From positions 928,001 through 992,000 of the forward strand of contig CAWFFU010000003.1 in NCBI GenBank assembly GCA_963815215.1: a stretch of 64,000 nucleotides of DNA. The letters run 5' to 3'. This DNA comes from an uncultured Trueperaceae bacterium. GTDB taxonomy: Bacteria > Deinococcota > Deinococci > Deinococcales > Trueperaceae. The notes beneath the pieces were generated by a model. The model saw only the letters and a list, made by a program, of their open reading frames with translations, did not search any database and was not told the origin of the DNA. Position numbers and translations under genes: made by a program. Below, piece by piece: positions 51,077 to 59,847 of this stretch (position 1 is its first letter; each line of letters begins with the position of its first letter).

Positions 51077-53254
51077 TCACTCCGCTGCGGCGGCGGCCGT
51101 CTCACGCTCCAACCGCTCGGCCTGCTCGGCCTGGATGGCCGTGAGGGCCACCGTGTAGATGATGTCGTCCACCAAGGCTCCCCGCGACAGGTCGTTCACA
51201 GGGCGGCGAAGGCCCTGCAGCATGGGGCCGATCGACACCACGTTGGCGCTGCGCTGAACCGCCTTGTAGGTCGCGTTGCCGGTGTTGAGGTCCGGGAAGA
51301 TCAGCACGGTCGCGCGGCCCGCCACCGGGCTGTCCGGCGCCTTGCTCCGACCCACGCTCTCCACCGTGGCCGCGTCGTACTGCAAGGGGCCGTCGAGCAC
51401 CAGCTCCGGACGGCGTTCCCGCGCGATGCGGGTGGCCTCGCGCACCTTCTCCACTTCGCTGCCGCCCCCGGAGGTGCCGGTGGAGTAGCTGATCATCGCC
51501 ACCCGCGGCGTGATGCCGAACGCCAGCGCCGACTCCGCCGACTGCACCGCGATATCGGCCAGCTCCTCGGCCGTGGGATCGGGGTTGACGGCGCAATCAC
51601 CGTAGATCAGCACCTGCTCCGGAAGGCACATGAAGAAGATCGACGACACCAGCTGTGCGTCCTCGCGCGTCTTGATGAGCTGCAATGCCGGCCGCACGGT
51701 ATTGGCGGTGGTGTGCAGGGCGCCGGACACCAGGCCGTCGACGTCGCCGCGGGCGAGCATCATGGTGCCGAGCACCACGTTGTCGCGCAACTGCTCGCGC
51801 GCCCCGTCGGCGGTCAGCCCCTTGTGTCGACGCAGCTCGACCATGCCCTCCACGTAGCGCTCACGAACGTCGTCGGTAGGCTTGAGGACCTCGATGCCCT
51901 CGCCCAGCTTGACCCCCTGCGCCTCGGCCACCCGTCGTACCTCGGCCGGATCCCCGATGAGCACGCAGTGCGCGATGCGGCGCTCGGCGCAGGCGGCGGC
52001 GGCCTTCACGGTTCGCGGCTCCTCCCCTTCGGGCAGCACGATGCGTTTCGACGCTCGCCGAGCGCCCTCCACCAGGCGGTACATGAAGGCCGGCGGCGAC
52101 AGCCGCGGCTCCCGGTCGGTGGCGATGCGCGCGCGCAGGCGCTCCGTGTCGAGGTAACTGGCCACGGTGTCCATCACACGCTCGATGCGCTCGACGTCGT
52201 CGATCGGCACCTCCAGATTCATGGCCGCGGCGCGCGCGGCCGTGACGTAGGAGTCGCTATCGGCCAGCAGCAGCGGCAGCCCGGTGGCCACCGCCTTCTC
52301 GCACAGCTTCATGATGTGCGCGTTGGGTCGGATCCCGCCGGTGAGCACCAGACCCGCCAGCGGCACGCCATTGAGCGCTGCCATGCAGGCCGCGAGGATG
52401 ATGTCGTCGCGATCGCCCGGCGTCACGAGCAGCGCATCGGGCCGCAACCGGTGGGTCATGTTGGCTACCGTCCGCGCTACCATCGACACGTCCACGACGC
52501 GGCGACCCGCGATGTCCCCGGCGACGAGCGGCTTGGCGTCGAGGTAGGCGGCGACGTCCATGGTGCGCGGCGAGACCATCGACTGGTGCCAGGGAATGGC
52601 GCCGTAGAGGTGGAACGACGCGTTGTTGAACACCGGGCAGGCCTCGACGATGCGCTCGGCCGTCAGCAGCTGGGCCGGCGGGCGAAGCTCGCTACGCGTG
52701 CTGGCCACGACCTCCTGCTGCGGAGCGTTGACCTTGTTGACGATGGCTCCCAGCACCTTGGGGCTGCGCACGCCGCCGTACTGCCCGGCCACCAGGTCGA
52801 GACGATCGTTGAACTCCTCGAGGTTGCTGCGCCCCGGCGCGCCCACCAGCAGGACCTCGGCGTCGAGCGCTTGCGTGATCTCGGCGTTGAGGGTGTCGAG
52901 GCCGGGCTGGTCGGCCGTCGCCACCAGGCCCTCGATGATCACCACGTCGGCGTCGCTGGCGCACCCCTGGTAGCGACCCACCACATCCTGGAGCAGCTCG
53001 GCGCGCTTGCTCGCGGTCAACAACGCCTCCGCCTCGCGGAACGGCATAGGTTCGGGCGGCTCCAGGGTGGTCGTGCGCCGCACGAAGTGGGTGGAGCGTT
53101 CCGGCCCCTCGTCGGAGCCGGGTTGCCGGATCGGTTTGAAGAAGCCGACCCGAAGCCCTTCCCGGTCGAGGGCGCGGACCAACCCCAGGCACACCGAGGT
53201 CAGCCCCACACCTGGGCCGGTGGGTACCACGAAGAAGGCGTGCGTTTGCGCCAT
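51077..53254 (-). CDS. pta: Phosphate acetyltransferase, long form with BioD-like and DRTGG domains
   Basis: FFKPI, TPGDRDD, IVLPEGEEPR, DCAVNP, FPDLNTGN, NDLSRG. Confidence 0.95.
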   Translation of the reverse strand: MAQTHAFFVVPTGPGVGLTSVCLGLVRALDREGLRVGFFKPIRQPGSDEGPERSTHFVRRTTTLEPPEPMPFREAEALLTASKRAELLQDVVGRYQGCASDADVVIIEGLVATADQPGLDTLNAEITQALDAEVLLVGAPGRSNLEEFNDRLDLVAGQYGGVRSPKVLGAIVNKVNAPQQEVVASTRSELRPPAQLLTAERIVEACPVFNNASFHLYGAIPWHQSMVSPRTMDVAAYLDAKPLVAGDIAGRRVVDVSMVARTVANMTHRLRPDALLVTPGDRDDIILAACMAALNGVPLAGLVLTGGIRPNAHIMKLCEKAVATGLPLLLADSDSYVTAARAAAMNLEVPIDDVERIERVMDTVASYLDTERLRARIATDREPRLSPPAFMYRLVEGARRASKRIVLPEGEEPRTVKAAAACAERRIAHCVLIGDPAEVRRVAEAQGVKLGEGIEVLKPTDDVRERYVEGMVELRRHKGLTADGAREQLRDNVVLGTMMLARGDVDGLVSGALHTTANTVRPALQLIKTREDAQLVSSIFFMCLPEQVLIYGDCAVNPDPTAEELADIAVQSAESALAFGITPRVAMISYSTGTSGGGSEVEKVREATRIARERRPELVLDGPLQYDAATVESVGRSKAPDSPVAGRATVLIFPDLNTGNATYKAVQRSANVVSIGPMLQGLRRPVNDLSRGALVDDIIYTVALTAIQAEQAERLERETAAAAAE

Positions 53255-53495
53255 GCATCCTCGCTCGCGACGCCCAACGTGTGGGGCGACCGCGAACGCC
53301 TCCGCGACCACCTTACCCCGCGTGCTGCGGCCCCCAGGAGGGACGCCCGCCCCTCCCCGGCACGCGCGGCGGAGGGGGCGTATCGCACGCCCTCTCCGCC
53401 CGCACCACCCCTACACTGGGGCGTCGCGCCGCATCGGGTCGCCCCAGGGCGGTCCTGCACGGCGGCCGGCACCTTGGGAGCGAAGGGAGTTCGTC

Positions 53496-54047
53496 ATGAC
53501 CGATCCGAGCCATCACCAGGATCCTTCCGCGGGGGCCCCGTCGGACCCCGGCCCGCTCACGCCACAGTCCGAGCCGGCGGAGGGGACCGTCGCCGAACCG
53601 GTCGCGCCCGAAGCGCACAAGGCCGACCTGCTCAAGCGCTTCCTGGCCTTCCTCATCGACGGCGTGATCGCGGCCATCGTGAGCCGCATCCCATGGATCG
53701 GCGGTATCCTCGCCGCCCTCTACATCCTGCTGCGCGACGGCTTCGACTTCGAGTTCATGGACCATCGCTCGCTCGGCAAGCGCATCATGCGCCTCCGTCC
53801 GCTGTGCGACGACGGCTCGCCCGTCACGTTCGGCGTCTCGGCCGCGCGCAACTGGCCGCTGGTGGTCACCTCGCTGGCCGTCGTGCTGGTACTCATCCCC
53901 ATCCTGGGCTGGCTGCTGATCCCGCTGGCCTGGGTGGCCGGGCTCATCCTGCTGCTGGTGGAGGGCTTCCTGACGATCACCGACGAGCAGGGGCGCCGCT
54001 GGGGCGACAGGCTCGCCGGGACGCGGGTGGTGGAGACCGACAGCTGA
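53496..54047 (+). CDS. RDD family membrane protein
   Basis: KRFLAFLID, SLGKRIMRL, RRWGDRLAGTRVV. Confidence 0.88.
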   Translation: MTDPSHHQDPSAGAPSDPGPLTPQSEPAEGTVAEPVAPEAHKADLLKRFLAFLIDGVIAAIVSRIPWIGGILAALYILLRDGFDFEFMDHRSLGKRIMRLRPLCDDGSPVTFGVSAARNWPLVVTSLAVVLVLIPILGWLLIPLAWVAGLILLLVEGFLTITDEQGRRWGDRLAGTRVVETDS

Positions 54048-54078
54048 CCATGAGCGCGCCGGCCTCGCCACGAGCCGG

Positions 54079-54516
54079 TCAGCTCGCGCTGCGTCGGCCG
54101 CGGCTGCGGGCGCGTACCTCGTCCTTCGTCACGATGCGCCGACGCATCGCCCAGGCGAAGGCGACCACCGCAGCCAGCGTTAGCGCGCCGGAGGTCACGA
54201 ACAGGTCATGAGGCAACCGCGCCTGGCTCGCGCGCCACCACGGTTCCGCCACCGCGCGCAGCACCAGCCCGGCGTTGAGCAGGTAGAAGCACGCCGCCTC
54301 CCAGCTCTCCTGACGGATCCCGCCGGGCCGGGGCATCATCCAGAACGCCACCCCCATCACCGTCGACAGGAAGAAGCCGACGAGACCCAGATGGGCGTGG
54401 GTCGGCCCGAACAGACCCACCAGGTCGGGACGCAGCGTGAACAGCACGCCGAGGGCCGCCGTGGCGAGCAGGTAGAGAACGGCGCCGCGCAGCAGAGCGA
54501 CCTGGTAGCGGCTCAC
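54079..54516 (-). CDS. Four-TM membrane protein with HAH motif (NnrS-like or heme-copper oxidase subunit I-like)
   Basis: THAHLGLVGF..MGVAFWMMPR; GTG overlaps the YwiC stop. Confidence 0.7.
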   Translation of the reverse strand: MSRYQVALLRGAVLYLLATAALGVLFTLRPDLVGLFGPTHAHLGLVGFFLSTVMGVAFWMMPRPGGIRQESWEAACFYLLNAGLVLRAVAEPWWRASQARLPHDLFVTSGALTLAAVVAFAWAMRRRIVTKDEVRARSRGRRSAS

Positions 54517-55316
54517 AGGCCCGTCCACACGCCGACCAGGACCGCGGCCACCGTCGAGAGCCCGAACGCCATCTCCAGCATGCCGACGGACTTCGCGGCC
54601 AGCACGGGAGCCGACGGCCGCATGCCGGCGGCCGCCCGCGCCAGCAACACCGTGAACGCCCCCAGGGCGAGCCACGGCAGGGCATGCGCCACGCACGCCA
54701 CCGCCACCGCCACCCAGGCAGCCGCGTGGGCCGCGAGCACCGGCCCGTGGCGCACAGCCCCGCCACGCTGCAGCCGCAGCCGGGCCCTCACATACAGCAC
54801 CGAAGGAACGTTGCGGCCCGCGGCCACGAGCCACAACGCGAGAGCGAGGCCCCACGGCCCCCCGGCCGCCAGCACCACGGCCGAGGCGAGGGCACCCATG
54901 GCCAGCGCACCCGCGATCTCAGCGCGCGGGTCGCGCCCCCGGTTGCGGGCATCGAAGCCGAGCTGTACCAGCGCCATCGGCAGCACCAGCGCCAGCGGCA
55001 CCAGCGCAGCAGGCCGGGCGCCGAGGAGGAACGCCGCCACCCCCAGCAGCAGCGTGATCGCGCCGTAGCTCGTGGCCAGGCCTAGCGCCGGCAGGGTGCG
55101 CGGGAAGCGCCTGCCGCGACGCAGGTCGGCCAGCGCGAGCCCCAACGGGTGCTGCGCGAGCAGGGCACCCAGACCTGCGCCAACCAGGACCAGCCCGCCC
55201 GGGCTCGGCGCGGTGCCGAGCCCCAGCAGGGCCGGCTCCAGCAGGAAGGCCCAGGCACCGTGCTCGTTGGGGAGCGCCAGGGTGCGCCAGCGGACCTTGG
55301 TGCGGGTCACGGCCAC
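54513..55316 (-). CDS. YwiC-like family membrane protein
   Basis: LPNEHGAW signature, LYVRARLR, VGMLE. Confidence 0.85.
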   Translation of the reverse strand: MAVTRTKVRWRTLALPNEHGAWAFLLEPALLGLGTAPSPGGLVLVGAGLGALLAQHPLGLALADLRRGRRFPRTLPALGLATSYGAITLLLGVAAFLLGARPAALVPLALVLPMALVQLGFDARNRGRDPRAEIAGALAMGALASAVVLAAGGPWGLALALWLVAAGRNVPSVLYVRARLRLQRGGAVRHGPVLAAHAAAWVAVAVACVAHALPWLALGAFTVLLARAAAGMRPSAPVLAAKSVGMLEMAFGLSTVAAVLVGVWTGL

Positions 55317-55326
55317 GGCTCGCGGC

Positions 55327-55674
55327 CTACGCCCTCCCGCCCGCCGGCAGCAGGGTGAGCACGAACTCGAGAGGCTCGAGCACGGTCACGCTGTGACGGA
55401 GTCCGGCCTCCATATGCAGGTGATCGCCGGGTCCGACCTCGACCGTGTCCGCCCCCAGGGTGAGGCGGGCACGGCCGCGCAGGAAATGCAGCAGTGCCGG
55501 CCGGCTGGAGGTGTGCTCGGTCAGCTCCTCGCCGGCCGCCATGCCGAACCAGGTGACCCGAACGCCGCCATCTCGGGCCAGCGTGCGGCTGAGGACACCG
55601 GCGTCCGGTAGCTCGCCGCCGGAAGCCCGCTCCAGGAGCTCGTACCCGATGGGTTCCGTCTCCTCCGCGCTCAT
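55327..55674 (-). CDS. Cupin domain protein
   Basis: GEELTEH, GDHLHM..GLRHSV. Confidence 0.85.
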   Translation of the reverse strand: MSAEETEPIGYELLERASGGELPDAGVLSRTLARDGGVRVTWFGMAAGEELTEHTSSRPALLHFLRGRARLTLGADTVEVGPGDHLHMEAGLRHSVTVLEPLEFVLTLLPAGGRA

Positions 55675-55907
55675 GCCGTCCGGGCGATCCGCACCCGCCA
55701 CCGTTCGGGCCCCTGCTCCAGGTAGGTCCATTCCACGAGCCCGGGGCGCTCGGCCCGGAGCTGGTAGTACAGCGGCTTCGGGTCGTGGTCGTTGACCAGC
55801 TCGAAGGCCGCTCCGGGATCGAGCGCGTCCAGGGTCTCGAAGATCAGCGGGTGGCGCTCACGAGGCGCGATGGTACGCACGTCGAGCGTAGTCGTGGGGT
55901 TCGTCAT
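55671..55907 (-). CDS. DUF2249 domain protein
   Basis: LDVR.I.PRERH..IF..LD.L.PG..FELVNDHDPKPL...GPE.WRVRI. Confidence 0.88.
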   Translation of the reverse strand: MTNPTTTLDVRTIAPRERHPLIFETLDALDPGAAFELVNDHDPKPLYYQLRAERPGLVEWTYLEQGPERWRVRIARTA

Positions 55908-56122
55908 GCGGGTCCTCTCCTTTCCAGTCCTTCCAACCAGCGGATGGCGCCGACCGGGCATTGGGCCATCGCCTCCAGGGTCCCCTGGGTGATGACGATG
56001 CGCTCCGGCCCTCGGAGCATCCCGGGCACGAGCCACTCGCATGCACCGCACTCGATGCAGACCTCGCGGTCGAGCATCATGGCGACGGGACGGCGTAGGC
56101 CGGGGAGCCGCGGGCTAGCCAT
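55904..56122 (-). CDS. Small single-cluster ferredoxin
   Basis: CIECGAC...CPVGAI; ATGA overlap with the DUF2249 gene. Confidence 0.8.
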   Translation of the reverse strand: MASPRLPGLRRPVAMMLDREVCIECGACEWLVPGMLRGPERIVITQGTLEAMAQCPVGAIRWLEGLERRGPA

Positions 56123-56155
56123 GTCGGCCCCCCGCCAGGCGCCGCACGCCCAGCA

Positions 56156-56188
56156 CGGTGAACACGGTCTCGGTGAACACGGTCTCGG
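56156..56188. repeat. Tandem 15-nt direct repeat in the ferredoxin leader
   Basis: CGGTGAACACGGTCT twice, plus CGG. Confidence 0.7.
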
Positions 56189-56231
56189 CCATCACGACCG
56201 GCAGCATCACCCGCAGGCGCGCCCCGTCGCC

Positions 56232-56245
56232 ATGACCTGGGTCAA
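56232..56245. promoter_or_regulatory. FNR/DNR-type box
   Basis: TTGAC-CCAG-GTCAT on - strand, between the Crp/Fnr gene and the ferredoxin operon. Confidence 0.72.
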
Positions 56246-56340
56246 GGCTTCAACCCACGTCGAGCCGGAACCTGGCCGCCGTCCCCGCCACACGCTCGGC
56301 GAGTTCTGCCATCATCGCGGCTCAGGCCACCGCCTTCGCG

Positions 56341-57018
56341 TCACCGCCCCGCACGAGCGGCGAGGTCCCCGAGTGCGGGGCGGTCCAGCGACAGCACGGT
56401 GCGCCCCCGCAGCTCGAGCATGCCGCTCTGGTGCAGGCGCGACAGGTTGCGGCTCACGAGCTCCGGTACCGTGCCGAGCCGCCCAGCGATGGCCGCGTTG
56501 GTGTCGAGCGCGAAGGGGACGCCTCGCTCGGCGACCTCCAGCAGGTCGACGGCCAGGCGCTGGATGACCTCCTGGAAGGAGATCTGCTCGACCAGTCCCA
56601 CCAGCCGGCGCAACCGACGCCCCAGGGTCCGCACCAGATGCACGGCCAGACCGGGACGGCTGCGCAGCAGGCCCTGGAGCCCCTCCTGGTCGAGCCATAG
56701 CAACTCGCCGTCCTCCATCGCCTCGGCGCTCGCCGGGTAGGGGCCGCCGTCGAAGGCGACCAGCTCGGCCACGGCGCCGAACGGCCTCTCGATCGTCAGC
56801 ACGACCTCCCGTCCGCTGGTGGGGGACAGCACGAAGATCCGGACGCGACCGCGCACCACCAGCGGGAGTCCCCGCGCCCGCTCACCTGCCAGGAAGAGGA
56901 TCTCGCCGGCGGCGACGGGGCGCCGGACGCCGACCCCGGCGAGCGCGACCACGTCCTCGTCCGGGAGCTGCGCGAAGAGCGGACAACGCGCCACCACCTC
57001 GGCGTCGCTCAGCGTCAC
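56341..57018 (-). CDS. Crp/Fnr family regulator (DNR/HcpR-like, no FNR Cys cluster)
   Basis: PLFAQL, cNMP-type domain, YPASAEA, HTH GTVPELVSR. Confidence 0.9.
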   Translation of the reverse strand: MTLSDAEVVARCPLFAQLPDEDVVALAGVGVRRPVAAGEILFLAGERARGLPLVVRGRVRIFVLSPTSGREVVLTIERPFGAVAELVAFDGGPYPASAEAMEDGELLWLDQEGLQGLLRSRPGLAVHLVRTLGRRLRRLVGLVEQISFQEVIQRLAVDLLEVAERGVPFALDTNAAIAGRLGTVPELVSRNLSRLHQSGMLELRGRTVLSLDRPALGDLAARAGR

Positions 57019-57048
57019 GTGGCCCGCCTCAGCGGACCTTTCGCGTGG

Positions 57049-58035
57049 TCACCAACGCCCGTGAACTTGCGCTCGGATGCGGGCGTCGTACACCTCCCGC
57101 ACATGCTGCATGGCCTCCGGTGTGAGGGCCGGGAGGTCGGAAGCCGCCGCGTTGTCGCCCGCCTGCTGGGGCCGACGGGCTCCGGGGATCACCACCGAAA
57201 CGGCCGGGTGCATGAGGATCCAGCGCAGCGCGAGCTGCGCCAGTGTCGACCCCTTCGGCACCAGCGCCTGCAGCTCCGTCGCCGCCGCCAGGCCGACCTC
57301 GAAATCCACGCCCGAGAAGGTCTCGCCTACGTCGAACGCCTCGCCGTGGCGGTTGAAGGCGCGGTGGTCGTCGGCCTCGAACGCACGCTCACGGGTCATC
57401 GCGCCCGACAGCAGGCCGCTCGCCAGCGGCACCCTCACGATGATCCCGACGTCGCGCGCTTTGGCGTGGGCGAAGAAGGCGTCCGCCGGCTTGAAGCGGA
57501 ACATGTTGTAGATGATCTGGATCGTCTCCACGCCTGCGTGTTCGAGCGCCAGCTCGGCCTCCTCGACGGTCTCGACACTCACCCCGTAGTGCCGCAGCAG
57601 GCCCTCGGACTTCATGCGCTCGAGCGCGTCGAAAGCGGTGTCGGCACGGTAGACGTCGGTGGGCGGACAGTGGAGCTGCAGCAGGTCGAGGCTCTCGACC
57701 CCGAGGTTGTCCAGGCTGCGCGCCACGAAACGTGCCAGATGCTCGTAGTCGTACCCCGACGCTACGTGCGGGTCGAGCCGTCGCCCGGCCTTGGTCGCCA
57801 CCACGACGTCTCCCTGTTCGCGCTCGGCGAACAACGATCGGATGAGGCGCTCGCTGCGCCCGTCGCCGTACACGTCGGCTGTGTCCAGGAAGGTCACGCC
57901 GGCGTCGAGCGCCGCCCGCAGCGTGGCCAGGGCGTCCGCTTCGGGGACGTCGCCCCAGCTCCCGCCGAGCGCCCAGGTGCCCAGCCCGACCTCCCCGACC
58001 TCGAGCGCCGTCTTCCCCAGCCGTCTGGTATGCAT
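57049..58035 (-). CDS. Aldo/keto reductase
   Basis: GLGTWALGG, DTADVYG, LDLLQLH, PLASGLL. Confidence 0.93.
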   Translation of the reverse strand: MHTRRLGKTALEVGEVGLGTWALGGSWGDVPEADALATLRAALDAGVTFLDTADVYGDGRSERLIRSLFAEREQGDVVVATKAGRRLDPHVASGYDYEHLARFVARSLDNLGVESLDLLQLHCPPTDVYRADTAFDALERMKSEGLLRHYGVSVETVEEAELALEHAGVETIQIIYNMFRFKPADAFFAHAKARDVGIIVRVPLASGLLSGAMTRERAFEADDHRAFNRHGEAFDVGETFSGVDFEVGLAAATELQALVPKGSTLAQLALRWILMHPAVSVVIPGARRPQQAGDNAAASDLPALTPEAMQHVREVYDARIRAQVHGRW

Positions 58036-58107
58036 TCAGCTCACCCCTGTCTCCAGCCGACGCGCCTTCCGTGGGCGCCTCAGCCGTCAGTCTAGGACAC
58101 CGACGGA

Positions 58108-58136
58108 TTGACATCCGCGGCCCGGAGCGCTACGTT
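58108..58136 (+). promoter_or_regulatory. Sigma70-type promoter of thiB
   Basis: TTGACA-N17-TACGTT. Confidence 0.75.
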
Positions 58137-58142
58137 CGAGGG

Positions 58143-58218
58143 GTCACCAGGGGTGCCCCACGGGGCTGAGAAAGACCCTTGAACCTGATCCCGATCATGC
58201 GGGCGGAGGAAGCGTGAC
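58143..58218 (+). ncRNA. TPP riboswitch
   Basis: GGGGTGCC...GGCTGAGA...ACCCTTGAACCTGATC...ATGC..GCGGAGGAA, closed by P1 GTCAC/GTGAC, upstream of thiB. Confidence 0.95.
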
Positions 58219-58281
58219 AGCGTTGAACTCCCGACAGCCCTGCTGCTCGACCCACCCGCTGGTGACCGAAGGGACCGCATC

Positions 58282-59358
58282 ATGAGAGTCGCGTTCCGTG
58301 TCTCGCTGCTGGCGGCGCTGACGACCCTGTTGACGCTTAACGGCGCCGCCCTGGCCGAGACGCTCACCGTGCTGACGCACAGCTCCTTCGCCGTGTCGAA
58401 GGACGTGATCCAGGCCTTCACGGAGCGGACGGGTATCCATGTCACCTTCGTGCAGGCAGGTGACGCCGGCGAAGTGGTCAATCGCGCCATCCTCACCAAG
58501 GAGCACCCGATCGCCGACGTTCTCTACGGTGTCGACAACAGCTTGCTGGTACGGGCCAGGACCGCCGGCATCTTCGAGCCCTACACCAGCCCCGCCTTCG
58601 ACACCGTGGAGCCGGCCTACCGCTTCGACCCCGATCATCTCGTTACCCCGATCGACGCCGCCTACGTCGACCTGAACGTCGCCAAGGCAGCCCTGAAGAA
58701 GGCGGGCGCGCCGGCCCCGGCCTCGCTCGAGGACCTCACCGGGCCCGCCTATAGGAACTTGCTGGCGGTCGAGAACCCGGCAACGTCGAGCCCGGGGCTC
58801 GCGTTCATGCTCACGACCATCGCGCGCTTCGGCGAGGGGCACGCCGGCGACTGGCTGGACTACTGGGCCAAGCTGCGCGACAACGGCGTGCTGGTCACCA
58901 ACGGCTGGGAGGAGGCCTACAACAGCGCCTTCAGCCCCTACGGCGGCGACCGACCCATCGTGGTGAGCTACACCACCAGTCCCCCTGCCGAGGTGATCTT
59001 CGCCAAGTCGACACCGACCATCAGCCCCACCGCCAACGTGACCTGCGACGGCTGCGCGTGGCTGCAGATCGAGGCGGCCGGCATCCTCAAGGGCACGAAG
59101 CATCTTCAGGCCGCGCGGCTGTTCATCGACTTCATGCTCTCCCGGCGCTTCCAGGAGGACATGCCGCTCACGATGTTCGTCTACCCGGTGATCCGCGGCG
59201 CTTCGGTGCCACCGGAGTTCCAGACCTACGGGCCGGTGCCGAGCGCCCGGCAGACGGCCAGCCTCAGCCCCGACGCCATCGCCGCAGGTGAGAAGCGTTG
59301 GATCCAGCAGTGGACCGAGGTGGTCCAGCAGGGTCGCGCGCCATCGGCGGTGCGCTGA
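58282..59358 (+). CDS. thiB: Thiamine ABC transporter substrate-binding protein
   Basis: LTHSSF, ADVLYGVDN, NPATSSPGLAF, VVSYTTSP, QIEAAG. Confidence 0.92.
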   Translation: MRVAFRVSLLAALTTLLTLNGAALAETLTVLTHSSFAVSKDVIQAFTERTGIHVTFVQAGDAGEVVNRAILTKEHPIADVLYGVDNSLLVRARTAGIFEPYTSPAFDTVEPAYRFDPDHLVTPIDAAYVDLNVAKAALKKAGAPAPASLEDLTGPAYRNLLAVENPATSSPGLAFMLTTIARFGEGHAGDWLDYWAKLRDNGVLVTNGWEEAYNSAFSPYGGDRPIVVSYTTSPPAEVIFAKSTPTISPTANVTCDGCAWLQIEAAGILKGTKHLQAARLFIDFMLSRRFQEDMPLTMFVYPVIRGASVPPEFQTYGPVPSARQTASLSPDAIAAGEKRWIQQWTEVVQQGRAPSAVR

Positions 59359-59412
59359 CGGTGGGCGCCGCCGGCAGGCTGCGGCGGGCGCCACCGGCGC
59401 CGTACCGCCACG

Positions 59413-59444
59413 GTTCGGGGGCGTCCGTGCGGACGCCCCCGAAC
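59413..59444. terminator. Bidirectional hairpin between thiB and the antisense small ORF
   Basis: Perfect 15-bp inverted repeat GTTCGGGGGCGTCCG-TG-CGGACGCCCCCGAAC. Confidence 0.75.
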
Positions 59445-59474
59445 TCCCGTGTCAGACGGAACTCTGGCGACGGG

Positions 59475-59615
59475 TCAAGGAAGCTTGTAGGGATCGTTCG
59501 ATGTGCGCCTGGCCCAGCGCTCGAGTACCGCGCGTTCGTGTCGGATCGACCGAGCGACCGCGCGCGTAGGACGAGCCTTCGGGCGCAGGCGTATCTTTCT
59601 AAGCCAGCGGAGCAT
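59475..59615 (-). CDS. Small (46 aa) Arg-rich hypothetical protein
   Basis: SD GAGGAGG 6 nt before the ATG; TAGACA-N18-TACAAC promoter at 59702-59673; downstream hairpin. Confidence 0.6.
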   Translation of the reverse strand: MLRWLRKIRLRPKARPTRAVARSIRHERAVLERWARRTSNDPYKLP

Positions 59616-59847
59616 GGCCTGCCTCCTCGCATGCCTAACGCCCGATTCCCCGGGCGTCGGCTCCACGGGAGAGTTGTACCCGACCGGGGGCAGGCTTGTC
59701 TAGGGGCTCTGAACCATGGTGGTGCGGCACCCGTCCTGCACGCGTTCCGATGCCGGTCCGCGGGAGCGTTCCCGCACCTCCCCGCCGGTCCCAACACCCG
59801 CCGCGGACCGCCCACCCACCCCGGCGCGGGGCGCTAGACGGCCCGGT

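Noticed and set aside
35293..56188. Short tandem repeats at 35293 and 56156 as CRISPR arrays
   Set aside because: Only two adjacent copies each, no spacers, no cas genes
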